Below, piece after piece: positions 28,821 through 39,581 of a DNA stretch of 64,000 nucleotides (its first letter is position 1; each line of letters opens with the position of its first letter). Origin of the DNA: Muribaculaceae bacterium (lineage in GTDB: Bacteria; Bacteroidota; Bacteroidia; Bacteroidales; Muribaculaceae); assembly GCA_022510505.1 (NCBI GenBank), contig JAFLTL010000003.1, positions 55,789-119,788 on the forward strand. The letters are read 5' to 3'. The translations under genes and the position numbers were made by a program. Under the pieces are notes generated by a model. It had not been told where the DNA came from, ran no database searches, and worked only from the letters and a program-made list of their open reading frames with translations.

Positions 28821-30157
28821 ATCAAGAATTTATTGATTTTATCAACGCCGAGAACAGTCCGGTCTTTGACGGACTGATCCCGGCGTTGTCAAATCCTCCG
28901 GTCAGGTCAATTCGCCTGAATCCCCTTAAGCATTCAAATTCGCTCATTAATAAATTGAGTGGTTCATTGAATGTCCCTTGGGAACCGCTCGGTTTCTATG
29001 TGGACAAGGAAAATTCATTCACAGTTGATCCCGGTCTACATCAAGGATTATATTATGTTCAGGATGCTTCCTCAATGATTTTGGGTGAAGTGACTCGCAG
29101 GATTTCCCGGATGACAGGAAACCGTCCTTTGCGTGTTTTTGACAGTTGCGCTGCACCGGGAGGTAAAACTATCTCTATCCTGAGTTCCCTACCAGACGGT
29201 TCGGCGTTAATGGCAAACGAATTCGATTTTTCGAGGGCCGAAATCCTTAAGGAGAATCTAGCAAAATGGGGTTTTGCCAATGTTATAGTAACTCGTGGGG
29301 ATTTGTCACGGATGAATAAGGTCAGAAATTATTTCGATATGATACTGGCCGACGTCCCATGTTCGGGTGAAGGAATGTTCCGAAAGAGTCCCGAAGCACA
29401 ACGTCAATGGAGCACGGCTTTGGTAGAACAGTGTGCTTCGCTTCAACTGGAAATAATTGATAAGATAATAGGCTCCTTATCGCCAGGCGGATTTTTAGTT
29501 TACAGCACTTGCACGTTCAACACGATTGAGAACGAAAGAAATGTTGAGCTGATTTGTGAGAAATATTCTCTTGAGACTGTAGATCTTGACCTCCCCTCAC
29601 AATGGTGCATATCTTCAGGTGTAAACACTTCAAACTTCTGTTATCGTTTTCTTCCATCCCGATTAAAAGGAGAGGGTTTATTCCTGTCGGTTTTGCAGAA
29701 ACCAGGGACCCTAAAAGAACATAAATTAAATATCAGGAATCCTCGAAATGTCGTGCGTTATCCTACGTGGACAACAGACCTTATAATTTCGGATGACGGG
29801 AAGACTATAAACGGTTATACTCCATCGCTTTTAAGCATGATTGACGATCTTGGAAAGAAAGTGGGTAATGTTATTGCAACGGGAGTTGAAGTTGCTGCAA
29901 TAAAGGGAAAGGATGTCATACCGTCCCAATCGCTCGCCCTCAGTGTCAACTTGGCGCAGGAGTCGTTTCCATCCATAGATGTTGACACGGATATTGCACT
30001 GAATTATCTTCGTCGGCAGAATATAGAACTTGGAACAGGATTACCCAAAGGGTACGTTTTGTTGAAATATAACGGTTATCCGCTTGGATTTGTAAAGAAT
30101 ATCGGAAACCGGATGAATAATCTGTATCCCTCACAATGGAGAATCAAACATTTATAA
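28817..30157 (+). CDS. RsmB/RsmF-family rRNA cytosine-C5 methyltransferase
   Basis: SAM-binding DSCAAPGGKT and catalytic ADVPCSGEGMFRK and YSTCT. The start is set at GTG 28817 (VNQEFIDF...), in frame with track ORF 28613 and overlapping the upstream TGA. The track's N-terminal 68 aa overlap the previous gene. Confidence 0.82.
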   Translation: MNQEFIDFINAENSPVFDGLIPALSNPPVRSIRLNPLKHSNSLINKLSGSLNVPWEPLGFYVDKENSFTVDPGLHQGLYYVQDASSMILGEVTRRISRMTGNRPLRVFDSCAAPGGKTISILSSLPDGSALMANEFDFSRAEILKENLAKWGFANVIVTRGDLSRMNKVRNYFDMILADVPCSGEGMFRKSPEAQRQWSTALVEQCASLQLEIIDKIIGSLSPGGFLVYSTCTFNTIENERNVELICEKYSLETVDLDLPSQWCISSGVNTSNFCYRFLPSRLKGEGLFLSVLQKPGTLKEHKLNIRNPRNVVRYPTWTTDLIISDDGKTINGYTPSLLSMIDDLGKKVGNVIATGVEVAAIKGKDVIPSQSLALSVNLAQESFPSIDVDTDIALNYLRRQNIELGTGLPKGYVLLKYNGYPLGFVKNIGNRMNNLYPSQWRIKHL

Positions 30158-30164
30158 ACGAAAA

Positions 30165-30188
30165 GTGTTTTGCCTCACGGCAAAACAC
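30165..30188 (+). terminator. hairpin after the methyltransferase gene
   Basis: GTGTTTTGCC-tcac-GGCAAAACAC forms a 10-bp perfect stem 8 nt after the stop. No U-tract follows. Confidence 0.45.
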
Positions 30189-30324
30189 TCCCCTCATAAC
30201 CAAAATTCAAGTATATGCATTGTATGTCTAACAAGTACTTTCTCCCTTTTTGGCAATGCAAATATAGAAAGAATCCTGAATTTATAAAATAAAAATTTGT
30301 AAACAAAACATAACAAATGTTAAT

Positions 30325-33300
30325 ATGACAATTTCAGAGTTATCCTATACCCCCCGCGTGGAGAAACTTTTCGAAATACAGAAAAGTAAGATACTGATTC
30401 TTGATGGTGCTATGGGTACAATGATAATGAAAAAGGGATTTGGGGGATGTAATGATTATCTGTCAGTTACCCATCCGGACGTGATTTACGACATACACCG
30501 GGGTTATCTTGAGGCAGGTGCAGATATAATCGAAACAAATTCTTTTAACTGTAATAAGTATTCACTCTCCGAATACGGATTATCAGATAGGGTTGAAGAG
30601 ATAGCAAAGTCATCGGCTGTGTTAGCCCGTCAGGCAGTGGAAGATTATGAACAAAATCACCCCGGTAGAACAGTTTGGGTTGCCGGTAGCGTGGGTCCAT
30701 CGGGGAAATCTTTGTCCTTAGCGGCCTCTTTAGAGGCCAACGATGTCAGTTGGGATGAACTTGAGGCGACGTTTTATGAACAGATTAGGGCTCTTATAGA
30801 AGGTGGTGTGGATATAATTGCCATTGAAACTGTATTTGACTCACTTAATGCGAAGTGCGCGGCCCATGCTGCACGACGTGCAATGATTGATATTGGTGTA
30901 AGAGTTCCATTGATGATTTCGGCAACTCTTACTGAAAATAAACGGCTGCTTACAGGAATGACCTTGGAGGCTTTTATTACAGCAATATCCCATGTTGATC
31001 CCTGGGCCATAACTTTGAACTGTGGATTTGGTCCAGAAGGAATGAAAGGTCCCATAACTAGTCTTCAGGCTATCCCATGTCTCACAGGAATTTATCCCAA
31101 CGCCGGACTTCCCGATGAAATGGGAGAATATAACGAGACCCCTTGTCAAATGGTAGAGGAACTCACACCTCTTCTTCAAAAGAGGATGTTAAATATTCTT
31201 GGAGGATGTTGCGGTACAACTCCCGAACATATAAATGAGATTTCAAAATTAGCCGCCAAATTTTATCCGCGCGAGATTCCTGATGGAAAAAGTAAAATGG
31301 TATTGTCAGGTCAGTTGCCATTGGAGGTGACTCCTGAGAACAATTTTGTAAATATAGGAGAACGGTGCAACGTTGCCGGTTCGCGTAAATTCCTTAGAAT
31401 CATTAAGGAATGTGATATGGAGCAGGCGGTTGGAATAGCCCGCGAACAAATAGAATTGGGGTCTCGAATAATAGATATAAACATGGATGATTCTATGATT
31501 GATGCCGAGACTTCCATGAAGAGATTCCTTAATGCTGTTCTCCTAGATCCAATTGTCTCAGAAGTACCATTTATGATAGATTCGTCGAATCATAAGGTCA
31601 TAACTTCAGCATTAAAGTTAATTCCGGGAAGGGCAATTGTCAATTCTATTTCATTAAAGGAAGGTGAAGAGATGTTTGTTCAGAAGGCATTAGACATTAA
31701 GGAGTTGGGGGCCGCGGTAGTTGTGATGGCTTTTGATGAGAAAGGACAGGCAGTTGACAATGTACGAAGGTTGGAGATTTTTTCAAGAGCCTATGACATT
31801 CTGACATCCGATAAGGTCGGATTCAAACCGTCGGACATTATTTTTGATCCGAATGTGCTGGCCGTATCGACAGGTTTGGCTGAGCATGACAGATTTGCAT
31901 TCGATTTTTTGGAATCCGTCACTTTGCTACGCAATAATTTCCCGGAGGTAAAAATATCGGGAGGGATCAGTAATCTTTCTTTCGCATTTCGTGGAAACAA
32001 CAAAGTCAGAGAAGCGATGCATTCGATATTCCTATCCCATGCCATTAGGAGGGGTATGGATATGGCAATTGTGAATGCGGCAGCTATACCTCCGGTTGAC
32101 GATATTCCACAAGAATTATTTGAAACGATAGAGGCGGTATTGGTTAACTCTCCGGGCAAAGAGTCAACGGAGAAATTAATTGAAGTTGCTACCACAATGT
32201 TGGAGTCGAAAGAAGACAAGGATACGGTTGTGACTACCCTAGAAGATAAGCATAACCCGCTTTCAATATATGAGAAGATAGAATCAAAGGTTATAAAAGG
32301 TGATGCATCGGGATTAGAAGCATTGTTATCCGATGCTATGAGCGAAGGGGATTCTGCCATTTCAGTTATTAACGGCCCTCTGATGGATGGAATGAATAGG
32401 GTTGGCGAGATGTTCGGGGCAGGTCGAATGTTTCTTCCTCAGGTTGTCAAGAGCGCCGGAGTAATGAAGCATGCCGTAAACTATTTGACACCGTTCATTG
32501 AGAACTCAGATCGTAATTCAAATCAAAAAAGGCGAATGATTCTTGCGACCGTCAAAGGAGATGTCCACGATATCGGAAAAAACATCGTAGCAGTAATTAT
32601 GAAATGTAATGGCTGGGATGTGATTGACCTTGGAGTAATGGTTGAACCTGAGAAAATCATTGATGAAATCAGAAAGTGGAAAGCCGATGCGGTTGGAGTG
32701 AGTGGATTAATAACCCCCTCTTTGGAGGAGATGAAAAGGTTGGCGGTCATGTTGGAGGAGAGTGGCTTGACATTACCTTTGTTCGTGGGTGGAGCAACGA
32801 CATCCTCATTACACACTGCGGTAAAAATAGCACCTTCTTATCCCTCGGGCGTAACAGTCCACACTGGTGATGCATCTATGATGCCAGCCATTGCAAAATC
32901 TTTAACTGGGTCACAGAATGATTTGGTTAGAGAGGACATCAGGACCGCTCAGAAAAAATTGAGAACGGATTATGAAAAATCATTGAAAAAGAAAGAACTG
33001 TTGACGCTTGAAGAAGCCAGAAATGGCAGAGTTGTAACGACCGAAACTCCTATAAAGCCAAATAAACAGAAAGATACCTTGAGTTTGACAATAGAGGAGG
33101 TCTCACCCTATATAAATTGGCGTGCATTTGTAGACGCATGGAGTTTATCAGAGTCAAGGTTAAAGTCGAAACTTGACAATTCAATCGATGCCGGAAAATT
33201 TTCTTCGATTTTAATTGAAGATGCAAAAAGAGTATTAGGAAATTTATCAGACATGAATGCCCGGATCACAGCACGAGTTGCAATACTTCCGGTTGTTGTA

Positions 33301-33837
33301 AATAACGAGTCGGTTCTTGTTAAAGATGGTGATTATGAGACCCAGATTGAGTTGCCCCGGCGGTTAATAAAGTCACCCATAGGAGTACAGCCTTCTCTAG
33401 CCGATTTTTTGAATAGATCGGGGGATTGGATGGGTATGTTTGTTGTGACAACGTCGGGAAAGATTACTTCGGAGCTTGAAAAGTTAAAAGAAGAAGGCAA
33501 TGATTATGAGGCCATGCTATTGGGTACGGTCGCCGATCGTTTAGTCGAAGCAGCAACGGAAGTGATGCACTATAGAGTCAGAACACGAATTTGGGGATAT
33601 TCAGATGAGCAATCTTTAGACCCATCAACTTTTATGAAGCATGAATACCAGGGAATCAGGCCGGCTATTGGTTATCCCTCTCTTCCTGATCAACTGACTG
33701 TTTTTAAGCTCGATGACATTCTCCATTACGGGGATGTTGGGGTTAGGTTGACCGAAAATGGTGCACTTTATCCACAAGCCACTACGACAGGCTTGCTGTT
33801 TTCTTCCTCAACGGCAAGATATTTTTCTGTGAAATAG
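30325..33837 (+). CDS. metH: cobalamin-dependent methionine synthase
   Basis: 1170 aa with an N-terminal Hcy-binding domain, a pterin-binding domain, the B12 ligand motif GDVHDIGKN, and a C-terminal activation domain with RPAIGYPSLPD. Confidence 0.96.
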   Translation: MTISELSYTPRVEKLFEIQKSKILILDGAMGTMIMKKGFGGCNDYLSVTHPDVIYDIHRGYLEAGADIIETNSFNCNKYSLSEYGLSDRVEEIAKSSAVLARQAVEDYEQNHPGRTVWVAGSVGPSGKSLSLAASLEANDVSWDELEATFYEQIRALIEGGVDIIAIETVFDSLNAKCAAHAARRAMIDIGVRVPLMISATLTENKRLLTGMTLEAFITAISHVDPWAITLNCGFGPEGMKGPITSLQAIPCLTGIYPNAGLPDEMGEYNETPCQMVEELTPLLQKRMLNILGGCCGTTPEHINEISKLAAKFYPREIPDGKSKMVLSGQLPLEVTPENNFVNIGERCNVAGSRKFLRIIKECDMEQAVGIAREQIELGSRIIDINMDDSMIDAETSMKRFLNAVLLDPIVSEVPFMIDSSNHKVITSALKLIPGRAIVNSISLKEGEEMFVQKALDIKELGAAVVVMAFDEKGQAVDNVRRLEIFSRAYDILTSDKVGFKPSDIIFDPNVLAVSTGLAEHDRFAFDFLESVTLLRNNFPEVKISGGISNLSFAFRGNNKVREAMHSIFLSHAIRRGMDMAIVNAAAIPPVDDIPQELFETIEAVLVNSPGKESTEKLIEVATTMLESKEDKDTVVTTLEDKHNPLSIYEKIESKVIKGDASGLEALLSDAMSEGDSAISVINGPLMDGMNRVGEMFGAGRMFLPQVVKSAGVMKHAVNYLTPFIENSDRNSNQKRRMILATVKGDVHDIGKNIVAVIMKCNGWDVIDLGVMVEPEKIIDEIRKWKADAVGVSGLITPSLEEMKRLAVMLEESGLTLPLFVGGATTSSLHTAVKIAPSYPSGVTVHTGDASMMPAIAKSLTGSQNDLVREDIRTAQKKLRTDYEKSLKKKELLTLEEARNGRVVTTETPIKPNKQKDTLSLTIEEVSPYINWRAFVDAWSLSESRLKSKLDNSIDAGKFSSILIEDAKRVLGNLSDMNARITARVAILPVVVNNESVLVKDGDYETQIELPRRLIKSPIGVQPSLADFLNRSGDWMGMFVVTTSGKITSELEKLKEEGNDYEAMLLGTVADRLVEAATEVMHYRVRTRIWGYSDEQSLDPSTFMKHEYQGIRPAIGYPSLPDQLTVFKLDDILHYGDVGVRLTENGALYPQATTTGLLFSSSTARYFSVK

Positions 33838-33875
33838 ACAATTAATGAATAGTTCTAAATAACAAGAGTAGAGAA

Positions 33876-34307
33876 ATGGTGAAATTGGGACCGGTGGAAA
33901 AGATCTATGAGGCATGGACTGCAATTGTTGACAACCGTGTCAAGGAAATAGATCCCAATACTTATGTGGTCAAATCTTCCGATGGGAAAAAGGAATATGT
34001 AGTGAAATGCAATAATTTGACCTATTCTTCAAATGACAATGCGACCTATTGGAGAGGTTATCCGGGGTATCCAGTAATGGCTGTGATGATGATTCAAGGT
34101 TACTTGCCATTGAATGAAGAAGAGGCTGAAAAATTCAGAGATATAAATTGGAAGTTGATAAACATACGATACAAAAACAATTATAGAGCTGCCTTTGAAG
34201 AGATTTGCAAGGAAAAGAAAATTAATATCGAAAAGGCTGAATCAGCAGCTAAAGATGTAATGGATGTTCTTCGTAAATTACCGATTGAAATAAAGAGAAA
34301 AATATAG
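33876..34307 (+). CDS. hypothetical small protein
   Basis: 143-aa ORF 38 nt after metH, followed by a hairpin. Visibly more AT-rich than its neighbours. No motif recognised. Confidence 0.5.
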   Translation: MVKLGPVEKIYEAWTAIVDNRVKEIDPNTYVVKSSDGKKEYVVKCNNLTYSSNDNATYWRGYPGYPVMAVMMIQGYLPLNEEEAEKFRDINWKLINIRYKNNYRAAFEEICKEKKINIEKAESAAKDVMDVLRKLPIEIKRKI

Positions 34308-34341
34308 ATTTTATTAATATAAAATATTGTAAAATAAAGTG

Positions 34342-34376
34342 AAAAAGTTTCATGTTGACAGATGAACTTTTTTTTA
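34342..34376 (+). terminator. A/U-rich hairpin plus T-run after the small ORF
   Basis: AAAAAGTT(T)CAT / ATGAACTTTTT stem with one bulge and an 8-nt loop, running into a T tract. Confidence 0.45.
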
Positions 34377-34382
34377 TCTTTG
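34375..34382 (+). promoter_or_regulatory. candidate -7 box (TATCTTTG) for the Na/Pi transporter gene
   Basis: Exact TAnnTTTG match 34 nt upstream of the ATG at 34416. Confidence 0.45.
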
Positions 34383-34415
34383 CAATATTAGAGGAACTCG
34401 AATCATTCCCCACTT

Positions 34416-36242
34416 ATGAATTACAGTTTTATTGATTTCTTAGGATTGCTCGGTTCGGTCGGGTTGTTCCTTTATGGTATGAAGGTGATGAGTGAAGGCC
34501 TTCAGAAAGCAGCCGGTGACCGATTGAGAATAATATTGGGCTCAATGACCCGCAACAAATTCGCTGGAGCATTAACAGGAATATTTATAACTGCTTTGGT
34601 TCAAAGTTCATCGGCTTCGGTGGCGATGGTGGTGGGTTTCGTAAATGCCGGCTTGATTTCTCTTCAACAGTCCATTTCTGTTATTTTGGGGTCTTGTGTC
34701 GGTTCTACCTTCACAATGTGGATTATCTCCTTGTTTGGGTTCAAGGTTGATATTGCGACTTTTGCCGTTCCCATATTGGCATTTGGAGTTCCTTTGTTGT
34801 TTGCAAAACAAAGCAGAACCAAATCGATAGGCGAGCTTATCATTGGATTTGCGTTGCTGTTCATGGGTTTGTCATGGATTAACAATTATGTTCCTGATTT
34901 GCAGAGTAACCCTGAGATGTTCGCCTCTCTGGAGCGATATGCTTCAATGGGCTTCTGGTCGGTAATTGTTTTCCTTGTAGTTGGAATATTGGTCACGCTT
35001 GTTATCCAGTCATCAGCGGCCACATTCGCCATAACGTTGATAATGTGTACGAAAGGGTGGATAAATTTCGACTTGGCTTGTGCCATTATCTTAGGTTCAA
35101 AAATCGGTACTTCCATCACACCTATCCTAGCATCTTTAAGTGGAAATTTGGGAGCGAAACGAGCGGCCGTTGGCATGCTGATGGTAAATCTATTGGGCTC
35201 AGTTTGGGTACTTGCTGTCTTTTATCCGTTTGTGAAACTTTGCATTTGGATCACACAGATTCTTGGTCAAGGGGATCCAACTCAATTGTTTTCTTTTGTA
35301 AACGAGTTGGAGACAACTTCCCCCGACTTGTATAACAGTTTATTTGACGGTAGTCTTCCGAGTGATGACACAGCAATGCGGTCTATAATGTCGATGCAGG
35401 TCAGTGTTTCATTTGGGCTGTCGGTATTTCCTACGGTGTTTACCATCCTGAACATGATGGTTATGATTTGGTTTGACAAATTCTATGTTAAACTCCTTGA
35501 ATGGATGTTGCCATCAAAGAAAGGAGAGGACGAAGAATTCAATCTCAAATTCATTTCGAGAGGTTTGTTGGGTGTCGCCGAATTGAACATAGCGCAGGCC
35601 GAGAAAGAAATTGTAGTCTTTGCCGAGAGGGTTAACAGAATGATAACAATGGCTCAAGACTTAATCCACATAAAGGCCGGTAGTGATGATTTCAACCGAA
35701 CCTATTCCAGGTTGGAAAAATATGAAGAAATAACCGACCGAATGGAACTTGAAATTGGCAATTTCATAAAGAACGTTGCAGAAGGACGTCTTTCCAATAT
35801 ATCAAAGAGAAGGATCGCAGGGATGTTGACAATGAATTCGGAGCTTGAGAGCATTGCCGATTGCTGTTTGGGTGTTGGAAAGATACTGCTGAGAAAGCAG
35901 CAGGCCAATGTTCACTTCAATGAAGAGATTTACGAGAATATCGATTTGATGTATGATTATATCAGGACGGCTATGGACAATATGATGCTGCTGTTGCAGT
36001 CGAAGGAACACCCGTCGGAAAATAACATTATCAAGTCCTACAACAACGAGAGGGAGATTAATAATATGCGAAATCAGTTACGGACAACCAATGTGGAGAA
36101 TATAAACGCTAATCACTATGAATATCAAGCCGGTATTTACTATATGGACATAATTTCCGACCTAGAGAAGACCGGTGACCACATAATCAATGTGGTGGAT
36201 GTTATCAAAGATGATTTCAGAACCAATGTCTATTCCAAATAA
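34416..36242 (+). CDS. Na/Pi cotransporter family protein with PhoU-like C-terminal region
   Basis: 608 aa. N-terminus LGSVGLFLYGMKVMSEGLQ ... ALVQSSSA, repeated in the second half (VIQSSAATFA). Helical soluble C-terminus. Confidence 0.88.
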   Translation: MNYSFIDFLGLLGSVGLFLYGMKVMSEGLQKAAGDRLRIILGSMTRNKFAGALTGIFITALVQSSSASVAMVVGFVNAGLISLQQSISVILGSCVGSTFTMWIISLFGFKVDIATFAVPILAFGVPLLFAKQSRTKSIGELIIGFALLFMGLSWINNYVPDLQSNPEMFASLERYASMGFWSVIVFLVVGILVTLVIQSSAATFAITLIMCTKGWINFDLACAIILGSKIGTSITPILASLSGNLGAKRAAVGMLMVNLLGSVWVLAVFYPFVKLCIWITQILGQGDPTQLFSFVNELETTSPDLYNSLFDGSLPSDDTAMRSIMSMQVSVSFGLSVFPTVFTILNMMVMIWFDKFYVKLLEWMLPSKKGEDEEFNLKFISRGLLGVAELNIAQAEKEIVVFAERVNRMITMAQDLIHIKAGSDDFNRTYSRLEKYEEITDRMELEIGNFIKNVAEGRLSNISKRRIAGMLTMNSELESIADCCLGVGKILLRKQQANVHFNEEIYENIDLMYDYIRTAMDNMMLLLQSKEHPSENNIIKSYNNEREINNMRNQLRTTNVENINANHYEYQAGIYYMDIISDLEKTGDHIINVVDVIKDDFRTNVYSK

Positions 36243-36270
36243 CTGACCTTAAAACTAAGACTAATACAAA

Positions 36271-37716
36271 ATGAAGAAACTCATCTTATTTGCCTTATTG
36301 ATAGGATCGGCTGTAGTTCTAGCTGTCAGCTGTTCCTCAAATAAAACCAATGCGGCAGTTGTCGAGAGGGACTCCACGTGGACCAATTTAGTGCAGCCAG
36401 AATGGAGCAGAAACGCAGTGATTTATGAAGTTAACTGGCGTCAATTCTCCGAGGAAGGAAACATTCAAGGCGTTATGAAGCAACTTGCACGCTTGAAAGA
36501 ATTGGGTGTTGACATTCTGTGGTTAATGCCGGTTAATCCGATTTCGGAGGTAGACCGTAAGGGGGAGTTGGGAAGTTATTATGCAGTCAAGGACTATAAG
36601 GCTCTTAACCCTGAATTAGGTAATTTGGATGATTTTAAGGAGTTTGTAAAAGTTGCCCATGGGTTAGGAATGAAGGTGATAATCGACTGGGTACCTAATC
36701 ATTCAGGAAGAGATAATGCCTGGGTGACGGAGCACCCCGACTGGTATGCTCGAGACGAGAACGGAGAGATGTTTGGACCCTATGATTGGACCGATGTCTA
36801 TAAATTCGATTATTCTGTTCCTGAAATGCGCAAAGGAATGATCGACGCGATGAAATTCTGGATAACCGACCTAAATATTGACGGATTTCGTTGTGATGTC
36901 GCTGGTGAGGTTCCAACTGATTTCTGGGAGGATGCAAGAGTGGAACTCGATGGTCTTAAGAAGGGTGGAGTTTTCATGCTTGCCGAAGCTAGTAAACCTG
37001 AATTGCAGAAGAACGCATTCAACATGGGTTATAACTGGCCCATGAAGGATGTTTTCAATGCCATTGCACAGACCCAGGGTCAAAACACTAGAGTTCCTGC
37101 CGATGGTTCAGAAGAAAGAGATTATGGATTTGCCAATGCCCACACAATTGATTCTTTGTTAATAGAACAATTCAATGAGTATCCGAAGGACACTTACATG
37201 ATGAACATGATCACAAATCATGATCTCAATTCATGGGAGGGCACTGAATTCGAAAGGCTTGGTGACCTAAACAAGACATTTGCTGTTCTTTCCTATACCC
37301 TTCCCGGAATGCCATTAATTTACACTGGACAAGAGACAGGAATGAATCGTGCGTTCGAATTTTTCCAGAAGGATACTCCTCCACAATGGGAACCAAGAAA
37401 CGAGTATTTTACATTCTATCAGAAACTTAATCATTTGAAACACACTCAAAAAGCTCTTGATGCTGGGATAGAAGGTAGTAATGTGATCAGATATCCGACG
37501 GCTTCTCCGTGGATTTTTGCCTTTGAAAGAACTAAAGATGATTCCGATGTTTTTGTTATTGTGAATCTGAGCAGCGAGCCACAGACGGTTGAATATGTTA
37601 AACACGTTCCTCAAATAGATAACGATGAATGGATAGATCTATTCACTTCGGAGATTGCCAAATATCCAACCGAACTCGCTCCGGGAGAATATCACATAAT
37701 GATAAGGCAAAACTGA
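36271..37716 (+). CDS. GH13 alpha-amylase family lipoprotein
   Basis: Lipobox LAVSCSS. GH13 conserved regions DWVPNHS, DGFRCDVA, FMLAEA and ITNHD. Confidence 0.9.
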   Translation: MKKLILFALLIGSAVVLAVSCSSNKTNAAVVERDSTWTNLVQPEWSRNAVIYEVNWRQFSEEGNIQGVMKQLARLKELGVDILWLMPVNPISEVDRKGELGSYYAVKDYKALNPELGNLDDFKEFVKVAHGLGMKVIIDWVPNHSGRDNAWVTEHPDWYARDENGEMFGPYDWTDVYKFDYSVPEMRKGMIDAMKFWITDLNIDGFRCDVAGEVPTDFWEDARVELDGLKKGGVFMLAEASKPELQKNAFNMGYNWPMKDVFNAIAQTQGQNTRVPADGSEERDYGFANAHTIDSLLIEQFNEYPKDTYMMNMITNHDLNSWEGTEFERLGDLNKTFAVLSYTLPGMPLIYTGQETGMNRAFEFFQKDTPPQWEPRNEYFTFYQKLNHLKHTQKALDAGIEGSNVIRYPTASPWIFAFERTKDDSDVFVIVNLSSEPQTVEYVKHVPQIDNDEWIDLFTSEIAKYPTELAPGEYHIMIRQN

Positions 37717-38376
37717 TTGATAGAACTTTTCTCCAATAATGCTATGAGGGGATTGCCCCTCGAACCGTTACAGGTGGCAAGAACCGGCAGCTGGCTTCTT
37801 GCCACCGTACTTCTTTTATTTATATTGACCGCCTTCAACATTAGATATATTTTGAAACTTTTCGGAAATTATGAAGTGCATGTAGCTACAGAGAGTAGGA
37901 CGATGCTTTTGTTGATTTTACAAACATCGATACTTGAGGGGATAATGTTTTTTTGCTATTATCGAATGGAACAATTCAACCTAACGATTGAAGCGGCAGG
38001 GGTTTTCTGTTGCATGACTCTGGTGTATAATCTGTTTACCATCCTGATGTTTCAGACCACAGGATTTGTGTTTGCCGGGTCGGGAGAATCTGTTGCGTGG
38101 AATCGCAGTCAGTTGGCTTCCCAGGCAATGTTTGGCCTTTTATTGATTATTCCTGCTCTTGTTGCTTTAATCCGTCCTGAGTTTTGCCGTTATACTATTC
38201 TGGTCGGTTTAGTTTTTTATGTGTTGGCTCGACTGAATTTTATAGTTAAAGGATGGCAGATTTTTTATGAAGATTTGTCATCGTGGTTTTATTTTATTTT
38301 GTACCTTTGCACTCTCGAAATCCTACCGGTTGTAATCTTGTGGAAGATATCCCGAGAAATTGCGGTATTTTACTAA
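37717..38376 (+). CDS. polytopic membrane protein (DUF4271-like)
   Basis: 219 aa with ~6 hydrophobic helices. The TTG start abuts the amylase TGA, and an alternative ATG lies at 37744. The position upstream of a hemD-like gene is typical in Bacteroidales. Confidence 0.65.
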   Translation: MIELFSNNAMRGLPLEPLQVARTGSWLLATVLLLFILTAFNIRYILKLFGNYEVHVATESRTMLLLILQTSILEGIMFFCYYRMEQFNLTIEAAGVFCCMTLVYNLFTILMFQTTGFVFAGSGESVAWNRSQLASQAMFGLLLIIPALVALIRPEFCRYTILVGLVFYVLARLNFIVKGWQIFYEDLSSWFYFILYLCTLEILPVVILWKISREIAVFY

Positions 38377-38420
38377 CAGATAGCCGGTTACGATCAAAAT
38401 TCAATAAAACCGGTTCAAGA

Positions 38421-39161
38421 GTGAAGATTAAGAAAATCTTAGTATCCCAGCCTCAACCCACGTCTGACAAGTCGCCCTACTATGATGTAGCAAAGAAATA
38501 CGGGGTTGAATTGGTTTTCCGTCCGTTCATCAAAGTAGAGGGACTTTCTGCAAAGGAATTTCGTCAGCAAAAAATCAATATTTCCTCTTTTACAGCGATT
38601 ATTTTCACGGCACGCACTGCTGTGGATCATTTCTTTCGTCTATGTGAGGAATTACGTATAACAGTCCCCGAAACTATGAAATATTTCTGCACCAGTGAGC
38701 AGCTGGCACTTTATCTGCAGAAATACATAGTCTACCGCAAGCGCAGGATTTTCTTTGGCAATACTGGTAAGTTAGACGGTTTGATCCCAATGTTCCATCG
38801 CCACAATAAGGAGAAATATCTTTTTGTTGTCAGTGATGTTCATCCCGATAACACGGCTATACTGGACGACTGCAAGTTAGATTACGTTAATGCTGTGATG
38901 TATAGGACTGTCAGCAATGATTTTTCAGATGATGAGAAATTTGATTATGACATGTTGTTGTTCTTCAGTCCGTCGGGAATTTCTTCTTTAAAGAAGAACT
39001 TTCCTGATTTCAACCAGGGTGACATTTGTATCGGCTGTTACGGTTCATCGACAGCAAAGGCTGTAACTGATGCCGGTTTAAGAATTGACATGGAAGTTCC
39101 AAACGAAAGAGCGAACTCCATGACTGCAGCTTTGGATATCTTTCTCAAGGAACATAAGTAG
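38421..39161 (+). CDS. hemD: uroporphyrinogen-III synthase family protein
   Basis: The start is set at GTG 38421 (VKIKKILVSQPQPTSDKSPYYDVAKKYGVELVFRPFIKVEG), in frame with track ORF 38283. Length ~246 aa, typical for HemD-like proteins. Confidence 0.8.
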   Translation: MKIKKILVSQPQPTSDKSPYYDVAKKYGVELVFRPFIKVEGLSAKEFRQQKINISSFTAIIFTARTAVDHFFRLCEELRITVPETMKYFCTSEQLALYLQKYIVYRKRRIFFGNTGKLDGLIPMFHRHNKEKYLFVVSDVHPDNTAILDDCKLDYVNAVMYRTVSNDFSDDEKFDYDMLLFFSPSGISSLKKNFPDFNQGDICIGCYGSSTAKAVTDAGLRIDMEVPNERANSMTAALDIFLKEHK

Positions 39162-39170
39162 ATTTGTCGG

Positions 39171-39581
39171 GTGAAGACGCAAGCTCTCCCCAAACGTATG
39201 CGCCTCTGTTCCAAGGTTGCAATAGACAGGTTATTTTTAAGAGGCATGTTAAGCAATCAACGAAGAGGTTCGTTGATTGCCTACCCTCTCAGGGCTGTTT
39301 GGATAGAAGAAAATTTCAGAAAAGATGATTATAAAGGGAGCAAGATCCTCATTTCTATTCCTAAGAAGAGATTAAGAAAAGCAGTTGATCGAGTCAAGAT
39401 GAGAAGACGTATTAGAGAGGCGTGGAGAAGAAATCTTGATCGTTGTAAGGACAGGAATATTGATTTGGGTATTGTATATCTTGATAGCAAATTAGCGAAT
39501 TATACCGATGTAGAATCCTCCATTAAGAAAATTTTGACTAAATTGTCAATGTCAAACGAATCGATCGGATGTCAGGACTGA
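39171..39581 (+). CDS. rnpA: ribonuclease P protein component
   Basis: 136 aa, basic, GTG start, [18 protein letters not shown] motif region. Lies immediately upstream of yidD, as in most bacteria. Confidence 0.85.
   Translation: MKTQALPKRMRLCSKVAIDRLFLRGMLSNQRRGSLIAYPLRAVWIEENFRKDDYKGSKILISIPKKRLRKAVDRVKMRRRIREAWRRNLDRCKDRNIDLGIVYLDSKLANYTDVESSIKKILTKLSMSNESIGCQD

Noticed and set aside
30189-30324. Possible cobalamin or SAM riboswitch upstream of metH.
   Set aside because: The 136-nt leader region is AT-rich with no extended GC-paired helices and no B12-box-like sequence that I can see. It is also too short for a cobalamin riboswitch.
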